Shown: positions 38,272 through 48,661, numbered from the stretch's first letter. The stretch: 64,000 nucleotides of DNA from a virus (IMGVR_UViG_3300031133_000383:32001-96000); one strand, 5' to 3'. Translations and numbers: made by a program. The notes: generated by a model not told the origin, from the letters alone.

Positions 38272-39913
38272 GCCCATTTTTTTTAGTGTGTTTTTTACTT
38301 GCTTTTTCAAATTTCTTTCTATATTTTTCGACATTTTCATAAATATTATAAGTTTCTTCTTTTGAAAACTTTCTCAGGTCATCCATTTTAACAGCTTGAC
38401 CATATTCTTTTTTAAAACTTAAGCAATAATTCAATATTTGATGTTGACTATCATTATCCTTATCAAAAAATAAAATATTCTGACCTTCATCCTCTATAAA
38501 ATTTTGAAAATTATCGAATGCTTTTGTATTAATAACAAGATCGTTATAAAGAATAATGCACTGGTTATCAATTACATATTCGGCTAGCTTTCTAAAACCT
38601 TCATTAATGATTTCGTCATTAAAGAATTCATGATTGTAAGCATTTTTTAATTCTAGTGTTTTCAAGCCATAGTATTCATGCTCTTCAAAGACATAATGAT
38701 AATTTACATCCAGTAAGTTTTCTCCTTTTAAAATAATAGCTTTATTATGACTTAAATAACTTTCTTGATAAAATAACTCATTATTAATACTAAATTGATT
38801 CAGATTCATATTCACATAGTTGCTGACTAAACCAAATTTATGCAGTCCATTCACATAATCATTGTAACGATTATGAGCGGTATCGTAATTTGTTGAGAAT
38901 ACATCTGTCTCAAACGACATTGTATGTGTTTCTATAGGTTTTAATAATACTTCTGGAAATTGTTCTTTTACCTCATCGATAAATTCTTTCATGGGGTATT
39001 TTGAAATCAATTCTTCTTTTGATTTCAACATTATCAAATTTTCCAAGGTATCTAAAAATACTTCTCTAATATCATCGTAATAGAAATCAACAATTTTCAT
39101 CATTTTTTCATAAGGTAAATGATTGGATATCACAATACCCGTGACGGTATTGTTTTGAACATAATCTGTGTTTAAAATCCTCTTCATCTTTTTTTCTTCT
39201 ATTTCAAAGAAACCTTCTAATCTTGTTAATAAAGTTGATCGATAATCAGCCATTACATCATCAAAATTTAATGGTAATAAACCCACTATTTGTTCATATC
39301 GATTAGTTTTATCAATAGAATGATAAGGCAGTGTACGTTGCAGACATGAAATAAAATCACTGTACATTGATAAATCTGTAGGAGAGAGATCCTTTATTTG
39401 TTTATCACTATTTTCTAAATCATAAAGGTTAGCTAAAAATTCAAATTTTTCAGTATCAGGATGCAAATGTATAAGGCTATTTAATAAAGGTCCATTATTG
39501 TCATAATTGTATTTTTCGAAAAAGGTTTCTGTGTAGTTTTTATAAAATGATTGAAAATCAGGTGATGTATCAAATAATGTGTACACATCTTTCATAACAT
39601 TTTTTTCATTTTCTGAATACACTTTATGTGACTTATTCAAATTGTTACTTTCGATGATTGTTTCAAATTCTTCATTGTTATTATCATAGCGATAGTTGAC
39701 TTTATTTCTTCTAGCAATAACAAATCCAAAATTATTATCCTTTGTTCTTTTTAAATTGTTTTTACGATTAAAAGTGTCATTGTCATAATCATGAAATAAT
39801 GGAAGCGAAAATAGTTCATTAAGAGCTAATATTTCAAAATTTTTATCTTGTATATTATGCTTTACTTTCAAATCTTTTATTATTTTTTCAATATCTGTTA
39901 TATGTACTTTCAT
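38264..39913 (-). CDS. large hypothetical protein; partner of 39916..41787
   Basis: starts 2 nt after the upstream stop; ends KKHTKKNGPS. Confidence 0.8.
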   Translation of the reverse strand: MKVHITDIEKIIKDLKVKHNIQDKNFEILALNELFSLPLFHDYDNDTFNRKNNLKRTKDNNFGFVIARRNKVNYRYDNNNEEFETIIESNNLNKSHKVYSENEKNVMKDVYTLFDTSPDFQSFYKNYTETFFEKYNYDNNGPLLNSLIHLHPDTEKFEFLANLYDLENSDKQIKDLSPTDLSMYSDFISCLQRTLPYHSIDKTNRYEQIVGLLPLNFDDVMADYRSTLLTRLEGFFEIEEKKMKRILNTDYVQNNTVTGIVISNHLPYEKMMKIVDFYYDDIREVFLDTLENLIMLKSKEELISKYPMKEFIDEVKEQFPEVLLKPIETHTMSFETDVFSTNYDTAHNRYNDYVNGLHKFGLVSNYVNMNLNQFSINNELFYQESYLSHNKAIILKGENLLDVNYHYVFEEHEYYGLKTLELKNAYNHEFFNDEIINEGFRKLAEYVIDNQCIILYNDLVINTKAFDNFQNFIEDEGQNILFFDKDNDSQHQILNYCLSFKKEYGQAVKMDDLRKFSKEETYNIYENVEKYRKKFEKASKKHTKKNGPS

Positions 39914-39915
39914 TA

Positions 39916-41787
39916 TTAACCCATTTTTATTTTATTTGGTTTTGCATCGAATTTATCTATTTCAGGATAAAGTTTTTCTTTTAAATTTATATCTAAATTT
40001 TCTTTTTGTATTATTGCCTTGGTTGTTGAAAGATAAATTTCATACATCAGTGTATTTTCTGAAAATGTAACATAATCATCATTTTTTAAATGTTGTGTTT
40101 TTAATACACCTTGCTCATTGATGGTAAAACCAATGACAGATTCATTATGCATGCTATCTTTGTTGAAATCATAAATAATAAGTTGTTTGCTGTGATCACT
40201 TGTGTAATAATCAAAATAAGATTCCTGTCGATGTATACACCAAGAAGGACTTCCAAAGTCTTTACATTGAGTATAGTTTTCTATTTCAAAAGCAATTACA
40301 TTCTCTTTATTATATAATGGTTCAATAGTGTGCTTATTTAATTTAATGTTGACTGCATCAAAAGTAAAACCATCTAGTTTATTAAAGACTTCTTTTAATA
40401 ATTGAGTGAAATCATCAGGAGATTTTAAAGCTGCAAGTTTTTTACCAATGTAGTTTTGTAAATCTTTTTCAGTTAAATTCTTTTCATATAGATCTTTTAA
40501 ATAAGGGTCTGATTCTTCTGTATGTAAAAATTTATATTTTGAACTCAAAATACTATTAGTAAATTGATTTATTTTATAAATTTTGATTTGTTCATTTAAA
40601 TAGTCGTCTATTTGTTCAAATCCTTTATTGGTAATGTCTAGTAAATTTATTTTCATATTTTTGAGAATGTGTTCATTTTCAGCATAGGTATTGATTGTAT
40701 TCATACCTGCATTGAATATAGACAGTGTGAAACCATCTTCTAAAAATTTATTATGAAAGTGATTAACCAACTTAGGCTTGTTTTTTAAAGGAATACTCAT
40801 TAATTCTTTGGTAATAGTTTCCATTAACTTCACATATTCTTTTGAATGAATAATTGTTTTAAAATCGTTATTTTTATTTCTTATTATGATACTTCCATCA
40901 TTTAATCTGTGTACATATTGAATATGCTGATTATTTAATTGAACGGATGCATCAGTATCGTCAGCTAGCAGTTTATCAAACAAAAAGTTAGAAACTTCGG
41001 TACTCATTGTTTTTTTGTGAATTAAATCATCTGCTAAACTAACATATTGAGATTTTATGTTTTCGGATTTGCCTATCTTGATTAATTCGTAGGTTACTTC
41101 TTTTATTTCATCTCTGCTTTTAATGAAATCACTTTTTTTATTTTGTATATCTTTATGTAGAGATTCTTTCAATATACTACTGTTTTCTAATAACAATCTA
41201 TTCAATTTTTTGTTTAGAAGCATACATTCATCAATATCAAGTGATCCTTCATGCAACTTATAAAATTTATCAAAATCTCTTAATTTTCCCAATGTTTTTA
41301 ATACATTTTGAAAATACTTTTTTTGATTATCGATATTGTCTAATTCTACTTGTACTCTAGCAACAAGATGGCTGGCAATATCTTTATCTTTAATGTCTTC
41401 TTTTAAAACATTAACAATATTATGTCCAGTAACTTGAACTTGTTTTATTTCATTTTTGATTGTTAGTAAAACATCCATATTGCCATAAATTGAAGACTCC
41501 ATGATAGTGTTCATATATTCTTTGACATCATGATTTCTTAGTCCATCTGGTGTTGTATTAATGAAATCAATTATTTCTGAGTTAATATTTAGTGTTCCAA
41601 TATCAGAACTTTTTATAATAGCTATTTTTGAATCAAAATTATCTAAAGTATTAAAGTCTAAATTTAAATATTTATTAGGGTTAAAATTTAAATTAGATCC
41701 TTCCAATCTATTCTCGGCCTTAATCGGAATACTCGATTGTTCATTTAAGGCATAAAAAAAAGATTCAATATCATCTTGTGTGTTCAT
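39916..41787 (-). CDS. large hypothetical protein with GS-x-SWCI domain; paralogue of 21903..23735
   Basis: IGKKLAA, GSPSWCIHR, IYDFNK, TQHLKNDD. Confidence 0.85.
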   Translation of the reverse strand: MNTQDDIESFFYALNEQSSIPIKAENRLEGSNLNFNPNKYLNLDFNTLDNFDSKIAIIKSSDIGTLNINSEIIDFINTTPDGLRNHDVKEYMNTIMESSIYGNMDVLLTIKNEIKQVQVTGHNIVNVLKEDIKDKDIASHLVARVQVELDNIDNQKKYFQNVLKTLGKLRDFDKFYKLHEGSLDIDECMLLNKKLNRLLLENSSILKESLHKDIQNKKSDFIKSRDEIKEVTYELIKIGKSENIKSQYVSLADDLIHKKTMSTEVSNFLFDKLLADDTDASVQLNNQHIQYVHRLNDGSIIIRNKNNDFKTIIHSKEYVKLMETITKELMSIPLKNKPKLVNHFHNKFLEDGFTLSIFNAGMNTINTYAENEHILKNMKINLLDITNKGFEQIDDYLNEQIKIYKINQFTNSILSSKYKFLHTEESDPYLKDLYEKNLTEKDLQNYIGKKLAALKSPDDFTQLLKEVFNKLDGFTFDAVNIKLNKHTIEPLYNKENVIAFEIENYTQCKDFGSPSWCIHRQESYFDYYTSDHSKQLIIYDFNKDSMHNESVIGFTINEQGVLKTQHLKNDDYVTFSENTLMYEIYLSTTKAIIQKENLDINLKEKLYPEIDKFDAKPNKIKMG

Positions 41788-41919
41788 TTATTTAATTTTG
41801 TTGGTTTCTTTTATTATATCATATATTTTATACTTTTCATTATTGTACAAAAAAAAACTATTATTGCTTCATTTTTATTGTTTTTATGCTATAATGATAA
41901 AAAACTAGGAGACACTTTC

Positions 41920-42762
41920 ATGAAACCGATTAAAGATGAAGAATTAAAGGCCCTGATGACTGAAACTCAAGAAGCTTTTGGCGAGTATGAGAAAGTAAAG
42001 TTTGTGGCCCGTGTAAATGGTAAACCTACTGAACTAAGTGGCATTCGCGTCATGGATGCTAAAGATACAGAGCATTTTATTGTAAAAACCAAAAATCAAG
42101 GTCACTTTTCTTTTGGTACAGACGAAGTAGCCACCTTTCAACGTATATCAGTAGAAACATATACACCTGAAGTAGAAAATCCTATTTCGAAATTACAACA
42201 AACAATCGCAGATAAAATTCAGCGTGAAAAAGACAAAACAACAGAAGACAGTGAGCGTATTGCAGATGAACTTATTGCTCAGGTTGGTTATTTTCCGTTG
42301 TTGAATTCTGCAACTGCTGCTGGTCTCACAGTCGATTTTCTTGATAAAAACAAAGAACTATTAGATACCATTCATTTTCCTTTTATCAAAGGAGAAGCCT
42401 ACGAGGTTTTTTCTCATGAAGATGATAGAGAAATTGAAATTAATTCACTGGTTATTGATGTCAGTTTAGCCACTGATTTGGAGGGAGATGAATTAGCTCC
42501 TGAAACTTATGCTAAGTATTATGAAACGTATAAAACACTTCAAGATTTTGAGTTTATTCAAGATAATGATTTCACCAAAGAAATTTTCACTCTCTATAAA
42601 CTAGACGAAAAATATGCAAAAGTAACAGGAGATCTTCATAAACATGATCTTTTAGCTTTGGTACAAGAAAATTCAAAAGATGAAGCCATTCAAGAAGCTG
42701 CAAGAGATTTACGTCTCAAAAGTACAGCAAACAAAAAAGAAACAGTTAAATTCAAACCATAA
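41920..42762 (+). CDS. hypothetical acidic protein with basic tail
   Basis: AGGAG RBS; ends KKETVKFKP. Confidence 0.8.
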   Translation: MKPIKDEELKALMTETQEAFGEYEKVKFVARVNGKPTELSGIRVMDAKDTEHFIVKTKNQGHFSFGTDEVATFQRISVETYTPEVENPISKLQQTIADKIQREKDKTTEDSERIADELIAQVGYFPLLNSATAAGLTVDFLDKNKELLDTIHFPFIKGEAYEVFSHEDDREIEINSLVIDVSLATDLEGDELAPETYAKYYETYKTLQDFEFIQDNDFTKEIFTLYKLDEKYAKVTGDLHKHDLLALVQENSKDEAIQEAARDLRLKSTANKKETVKFKP

Positions 42763-42792
42763 CAGTTTATACTTGATGAAAAAGACCTTTTG

Positions 42793-43443
42793 CTAGGTCT
42801 TTTTTATTTCTATAAGTTTTGCTTCCAATGTTTTTGAATACTTCAAAATTTCTTTCATCTGCTTACTTTCATCTGTTAAGAGATCATGTAATACAGAGAA
42901 AATAGGAAGCTCATTTTTAGGCAGTTCAAATGAAACACTATCAAAACTAAAATATCTTATATCTATTGTTATGTCATCTTCATAATCCTGTCCATTTTCT
43001 CTGGCTTCATTTGCTTTTTCATCTAGCAATTCATGTAAATCTTCTATGAAGTCGTCATCTACAATTTGATCTTTATAAGTGGCAAAATCTTTATAATAGG
43101 CTTTGTTTGAGATATGCTCATCATGAGGAATGATAAGTGTAAACTCCTTATCATAATTATAAAAAGGATATTGTTTGTTGTTGTTTGGGTTTAATATTTT
43201 TTCACCATATACACTAGCCACAATTTTAAAAAAATTATGCAAAAAGTAGCTTTCTGGCTGATTTAAACTTCTGAAACTTACATAGATTCCATTATCATAG
43301 GCTACCGAATACCCATGCTCGTTGTTGTTGTTGGAAATATGTACAGACTTATTATTTTTCAAAAAAACAGTATCTTTTAAAATAGTTAAAATTTCATCTA
43401 TTGGAGCATCTTTTGTTAGACTTAGTGACATTGAATATCCCAT
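42793..43443 (-). CDS. hypothetical protein
   Basis: GAGG RBS; 216 aa. Confidence 0.75.
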   Translation of the reverse strand: MGYSMSLSLTKDAPIDEILTILKDTVFLKNNKSVHISNNNNEHGYSVAYDNGIYVSFRSLNQPESYFLHNFFKIVASVYGEKILNPNNNKQYPFYNYDKEFTLIIPHDEHISNKAYYKDFATYKDQIVDDDFIEDLHELLDEKANEARENGQDYEDDITIDIRYFSFDSVSFELPKNELPIFSVLHDLLTDESKQMKEILKYSKTLEAKLIEIKKT

Positions 43444-43661
43444 AATACACCTCTTGTTTCAACCGATTTTATCATTAAAATAAGAAAAATGCAATAAAAT
43501 ATAGACAAATATAGTTTTTATTATGTGTCATATTATAATAATAAACATTCATGACCAAAATTCATCTATTTTCTAGACGTTGGCATTCCATCGAAGTTTT
43601 TAATAAATGATTGATATTTGAATACGTTTAGTGTATATTTTTATCAATAATGGAGATATAT

Positions 43662-44285
43662 ATGACTAAAAATACAGCTACTCTATCTTCCATCCTCAAT
43701 GATGATGAACATACATTATCTATAACAGTCACAGAACTTGAAAGACTTGGATTTAAAGATAATGGTATGTTTTTTGATTTGTATGAATTTTTTTATGAAA
43801 ACAAAAAAATACTGATAAAACTCACTTCAAACATTATAACCAGTAAAATTTTTTATATCAAAAACGATGCTGGTAAATATGTCATACATAGAGATGATGA
43901 TTTGCCTGCATCGTTTAGCTATCGATACGATATTGAATCAAATGATTATATATGTTTTGAAAAAGATTGGAGACTTTACGATAAACTAGTAAGAATTGAT
44001 AAAGATCTTCCTATTAGTCATTTCATTTATCCTGATAAGAGCCATGTGTTCTATTTTTATATTGATAAGACAGATGATTATAAACACAGATTACAATTAT
44101 ATGAATATTTTAATCAAAATGGTCATATAAAATATGAATTCTTTTTTTTGAATCAAAGAATCATGATGAAAAACATACAGGGATTTTTCACAGATATAGA
44201 TGATACATCATATGAATCACTGATAAATTTTGCTAATGGTCTGTCTAGTGAAACGTTAAAACTATTTGAAATGTACATTCAGTAA
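43662..44285 (+). CDS. hypothetical protein, family A
   Basis: GGAG RBS; HRDDDLPA segment; ends KLFEMYIQ. Confidence 0.8.
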   Translation: MTKNTATLSSILNDDEHTLSITVTELERLGFKDNGMFFDLYEFFYENKKILIKLTSNIITSKIFYIKNDAGKYVIHRDDDLPASFSYRYDIESNDYICFEKDWRLYDKLVRIDKDLPISHFIYPDKSHVFYFYIDKTDDYKHRLQLYEYFNQNGHIKYEFFFLNQRIMMKNIQGFFTDIDDTSYESLINFANGLSSETLKLFEMYIQ

Positions 44286-44303
44286 AACCAGATGAATCTG
44301 GTT

Positions 44304-44852
44304 TTAATCTTTGTCGAATGGTGAAGGAGGTTTTAATAAATCAAAAGGATCAGGATTGATAAAAAATGGATTGTTAGTGTTTTTTCGCTTTTCATGCAAT
44401 GATGAACTAGATTTAATCTCTGATATTTCATTTAGTTGATCCAAAGAGTCCTGATCTATATCTAGATCATTTCCAAAAACTTTTCTACCAATATTACTGT
44501 TCATTGATTGATTAATGTTGGTCAATTTATCAGTATAATCATAATCATCTATCATGGTCATTGCTCTTTGAATAAAAGCTTCAACTTTGGGACCTCTAAA
44601 TCCCATTTGCTGTATCATGGATCTAAATGATTCTTCTAACTCAGCACCAGATGGTGGGCTGTCATTACCATCATCCTGAGCATAGTGTATAGCTACAAAT
44701 TTATAGATGAGTTCAGGAGATATTAAACTTTCAAGTGCAGCTTCACATTGTGCAGAAGATAAGTTATTATCCTTAGTATTGTAAATGCCAACCTCTGGTT
44801 TATTTTCTAATTTGTTTTTCATGAAATGCTCAGGTTGTTTTAATATTATCAT
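44304..44852 (-). CDS. hypothetical protein with Pro/Phe-rich tail
   Basis: ends NPFFINPDPFDLLKPPSPFDKD. Confidence 0.7.
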   Translation of the reverse strand: MIILKQPEHFMKNKLENKPEVGIYNTKDNNLSSAQCEAALESLISPELIYKFVAIHYAQDDGNDSPPSGAELEESFRSMIQQMGFRGPKVEAFIQRAMTMIDDYDYTDKLTNINQSMNSNIGRKVFGNDLDIDQDSLDQLNEISEIKSSSSLHEKRKNTNNPFFINPDPFDLLKPPSPFDKD

Positions 44853-44894
44853 ATCATAATTATTTATTTTTTAAAGGCATAAAAAAACCATCTA

Positions 44895-45881
44895 TCAAGA
44901 TGGTTTAATGGTTCTCGTTGATTTCTTATCATCTGTTTTCATTAATTCACTATATGAACGTCTGCTTTCTTCCAATAGTTGCTGTCCTTTGCTAATGGTC
45001 GCTGGCGTTAAATCACCTTTTAGACCAGCCGCCTGAAGGTTCTCAGTATTTAATTTATGTTCAATAAATTTTCTAGGCGTATCGTTGTCACCTGTTTTTG
45101 CTTTTGGTTTATAGTCACCTTTGGATTTATAACCATTATTTTTATAATTATTATTGTTTTTTGGTTTTTCAAATAATTCTTTTAAATCCATTAACTGAAG
45201 ATCAGGATATTTTTCAGATAACAGTGTTAATTGTTGAACATTAAAAGAAAGAGCCATTGCATATTTCTTAACTCTATTTTCTTCTCTTGTATATAACATA
45301 ACACCTTGCTGTTTGCCCATCATTGTAATTAGCTTGTCAACGCCTGCTGGCGAAATTTTTATCGATTTTGCAATGTCTTCCACGGTCATCATTGGTTTAC
45401 TTTCTTTCAAGACTTTCATCATTTCTTTAAATTTAGGGTTATTGTAAGCATATTGATTAACTAATGGTGGCGGTGTACCTGATTCATTCGTATTGCTGAC
45501 ATTAGTAGTACTATTGTTAATAGACTGGGAACGTGTGTTAGTGTTAGTATTTTTAAGTTCATTTTTACTCCACAGTCTTTCTCTTAGGTCATCAATAGCT
45601 TGTTCAACAACTCTTACAGCTTTGTCTAATTCAATTCTGAAAAACTCTCTACTTTCACTGATACGATGTCTTGTTAATCTATTATGTACCAGTTCTTCAC
45701 ATAAAGGTGCATCTTCAACAAAAAAGAATTTCTCAACAACAAATTCAGTAGGAACACCTGTTGTGTATAAATCAGCCGAACGATCATATGGACAATTTTG
45801 TGTATATCCTATTTTCAAGCCTTTCAACGATTCGTTGCTCAAAATATATACATAGCCGGGATTTTCAAATTTAAGAGTCAT
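44895..45881 (-). CDS. T5orf172/MUG113-type GIY-YIG domain protein with possible HTH and basic tail
   Basis: GYVYILSN, KIGYT, R...L.TTGVP, E..VH, REFF; MTVEDIAKSIKIS; ends TRTIKPS. Confidence 0.8.
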   Translation of the reverse strand: MTLKFENPGYVYILSNESLKGLKIGYTQNCPYDRSADLYTTGVPTEFVVEKFFFVEDAPLCEELVHNRLTRHRISESREFFRIELDKAVRVVEQAIDDLRERLWSKNELKNTNTNTRSQSINNSTTNVSNTNESGTPPPLVNQYAYNNPKFKEMMKVLKESKPMMTVEDIAKSIKISPAGVDKLITMMGKQQGVMLYTREENRVKKYAMALSFNVQQLTLLSEKYPDLQLMDLKELFEKPKNNNNYKNNGYKSKGDYKPKAKTGDNDTPRKFIEHKLNTENLQAAGLKGDLTPATISKGQQLLEESRRSYSELMKTDDKKSTRTIKPS

Positions 45882-46003
45882 GAATTACAATTTATATTTT
45901 CTTATTATCATTATAGCACAATAAAATATAAATAAAAATCATCCTTATTTTTTTTATTTCTTTTTTATGTTATAATGGGATATATCAACAAAAGAATAAA
46001 ATA

Positions 46004-46771
46004 ATGGATCAATCAATCAAAAACACCATAGATTCTTATCTGAACGAACTCAATACGCTGCATTTACCTTACAGTAGTGAAGTCTTGGAAAGAAAATCAC
46101 TTATTGGGTTTGGTTATGAGGGACTATCATCTTATGATCAGATGCCTAATGTTAAAGAATTAATCCTATTACGCAGTCAGGAACATCCAGAAACACTTTC
46201 CGAGTTTAAATTTTTAGTAATAGAAGTTTATGATAAACCAACACCGGAAGGCCATCAATATGGCGTGCCGTCATTTTCTTTTATAAGAGACGTTTCGAAT
46301 GATTGTGATGTGGCATGCTATATGTTGGATGATGAGACGGTACAAACATTTAAAAGTCCTGTTGATGCTATTCTAAATGCTGTTCAAAAATTTGAATTAG
46401 ATAATTACCAAAGAAGTATGTCGATTGATTTGATAGAATATAATCTTTCTGATTTTGATGCAGATGCTGATAAAGAGATTGCATCTTTAGTGATGGCAAA
46501 TTCATTAATCAATTCATTTAACAAATTTGGTCGTGATTTGTTTAAATGCGATATTGATATTGATACACCTAAATTATTTGTTGCTTGCCCTAAATATGAT
46601 AACTGGACTGATATTATTGATACTGGTGAAAAAGGAAACATTCATCAACAAGTTATTGCCATTACTAATGAGAATTATGCTCGTTATATTGAAGAAACTA
46701 TTGATTTGGCTAAAGTCTATTGTGAAGAAGATTTGAAAAGTGCAAAAAAACATAAAATAAAGCCTTCTTAA
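46004..46771 (+). CDS. hypothetical acidic protein with basic tail
   Basis: ends AKKHKIKPS. Confidence 0.8.
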   Translation: MDQSIKNTIDSYLNELNTLHLPYSSEVLERKSLIGFGYEGLSSYDQMPNVKELILLRSQEHPETLSEFKFLVIEVYDKPTPEGHQYGVPSFSFIRDVSNDCDVACYMLDDETVQTFKSPVDAILNAVQKFELDNYQRSMSIDLIEYNLSDFDADADKEIASLVMANSLINSFNKFGRDLFKCDIDIDTPKLFVACPKYDNWTDIIDTGEKGNIHQQVIAITNENYARYIEETIDLAKVYCEEDLKSAKKHKIKPS

Positions 46772-46841
46772 AGGCTTTTTATTTGTCCAAAATTGCAAAA
46801 ATATTTTATTTATGATACAATCTCCAAACGGAGAAACCATC

Positions 46842-47540
46842 ATGTCTTTAGAATTAATAGATTCCAAACATAGTTTACATTATCATAACAGTTTTTGTTA
46901 TTATTTAAATTTGTTAGAAGAAAAATTATGTTCTGATACAACATCTCTTTCTTTGCGATTTGATGAAAATACTGAATATCCTATATCCATCGATATGAAT
47001 GAAAAAGTAAGATATCATTTATTCAGTTATGATGACAAAGAAAAGTGCTATCACTTTATTTCAGCAGAATCCATTTTTTTTCATTGTGCCAAAAAGAAAA
47101 AAGACTCACAGAAACACTACTCAAAAGCTGCCGATTTAGCTTATATTGAATCTATATATGATTTTCTTAAAAAAACCTTTATTTGTTCCATGATTTTTGA
47201 TAACAGTATGAAGGTTAACTATCGTGTACAACTAGTAGATAATTTAGGAGAGTTATCAGTTTTGCATGTCTTTACTGGATTGCTGGGCTATTCGATTGTA
47301 TTCAATGACTCTCTCGAATTATTAGATGTTTCATTTAAATCAACAACATTATCAGAGGGGATTCTCAATAACCGTACAGATTTAACGTTGAATGAAAAAA
47401 TCTGTGGGTTTGATTTCTATGTTTCTTATTATTACAATCATGATTTTAAACAGTTTATTGATGCTCAGGTTGATATACAAGAAGTTACACTGGACTCTGC
47501 CGCACGTTTTTTAAATCTTTATCAAATGCTCAATATCTGA
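46842..47540 (+). CDS. hypothetical protein, family A
   Basis: GGAG RBS; ends NLYQMLNI. Confidence 0.8.
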   Translation: MSLELIDSKHSLHYHNSFCYYLNLLEEKLCSDTTSLSLRFDENTEYPISIDMNEKVRYHLFSYDDKEKCYHFISAESIFFHCAKKKKDSQKHYSKAADLAYIESIYDFLKKTFICSMIFDNSMKVNYRVQLVDNLGELSVLHVFTGLLGYSIVFNDSLELLDVSFKSTTLSEGILNNRTDLTLNEKICGFDFYVSYYYNHDFKQFIDAQVDIQEVTLDSAARFLNLYQMLNI

Positions 47541-47596
47541 TTATTGTTCTTATGATGGTTTTGTGATATAATCAACCATGACTAAATGAGGTTATT

Positions 47597-48283
47597 ATGG
47601 ATAAATTAGCTGCATCACACCTTTTCAAAGAATACCTGATGTCTTTTGAAAAAGAAACCGACACAGATCTCAATTTCTATCTTTATGCTTATATTAATGA
47701 GAAAGATCATTGTATACATTTTGATCCAGAAGCAAGAAAATTCATGAATTCATCACTGTTTTCATCAGTTGATTATGATAATTTCAATTCTTTCAATTTT
47801 ATTTCACAAGGCAGTAATTATTTGCTGTCAGCTTTTGAAAATCCAGACAAAAATTTCCAAGGTTTCATGTGGATGACCTTTTTTCAAAAATTGTGTAATA
47901 ATGTAAAGGTATCTTTTCAAGAATTGTTTCCAATTTTATCTACAAGTCGAATGGACCTATACAATGTTAAGTTTAATGAAAATGTTGATTTGATCACACA
48001 TGAATTTAGTATCTCTGTTTATTGTTATGAATATTCAGCTATCTATGTTCATTTTATATTGGATAGTCAATTAAACCTTATTGACGTATCTATTGGGGAT
48101 CGGTATGTATGCTCGGTTCTTGATAAAGCTAAGAACATTCAGGAAAGAGTTAACTATTTGAAAGTGTTTATGGCCTATTTTTTAGACGAATCATTTAGAA
48201 AACATCTATTATGTGATTATAAGGAAATTGATCAACATAATATTGAAAGCTATCTTACTGTCTATCATCTTCACAAGGTATAA
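47597..48283 (+). CDS. hypothetical protein, family A; paralogue of the previous gene
   Basis: GAGG RBS; LNLIDVS versus LELLDVS; ends TVYHLHKV. Confidence 0.8.
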   Translation: MDKLAASHLFKEYLMSFEKETDTDLNFYLYAYINEKDHCIHFDPEARKFMNSSLFSSVDYDNFNSFNFISQGSNYLLSAFENPDKNFQGFMWMTFFQKLCNNVKVSFQELFPILSTSRMDLYNVKFNENVDLITHEFSISVYCYEYSAIYVHFILDSQLNLIDVSIGDRYVCSVLDKAKNIQERVNYLKVFMAYFLDESFRKHLLCDYKEIDQHNIESYLTVYHLHKV

Positions 48284-48309
48284 AAATTAGATATTAATTA
48301 AATTGATCA

Positions 48310-48338
48310 TTGACATAGTGAAAGTCTAGTTATATAAT
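48310..48338 (+). promoter_or_regulatory. consensus sigma70 promoter of tRNA-fMet
   Basis: TTGACA-17-TATAAT. Confidence 0.8.
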
Positions 48339-48378
48339 GGTAAATAAATGAGAAATAATCATTCTCAGCATACTTAGT

Positions 48379-48453
48379 CGCAGGGTGGAGAAGTGGTATC
48401 TCGTTAGGCTCATAACCTGAAGATCGTGGGTTCGATTCCCACCCCTGCAACCA
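48379..48453 (+). tRNA. tRNA-Met(CAT), initiator type
   Basis: cloverleaf; C1:A72 mismatch; anticodon loop CTCATAA; TTCGATT T-loop; encoded CCA. Confidence 0.92.
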
Positions 48454-48661
48454 GATTCTACTAGCCGTTTAGGCAAGATTTAGACTACTTGCTTAGTTTT
48501 TGCAAATGGGAGATTCGCTACATGAAATGTAAAATTTAAAAAAGAGTTAGCCGAAAGGCACTTCTAAGAAACTTTCGAAAGAAGGTTTTTTTTTCGTCTT
48601 TATTTTTTTGTTGCTTTATTATTGTTTAGTGATATAATCTCTTCTTTTTAGGAGATTTAAT

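Noticed and set aside
44895-45881. Intron-encoded homing endonuclease
   Set aside because: Free-standing T5orf172-type domain with no interrupted host gene or intron structure around it.
48379-48453. CAT-anticodon tRNA as tRNA-Ile2, the TilS substrate
   Set aside because: The C1:A72 mismatch and overall sequence match initiator tRNA-fMet.
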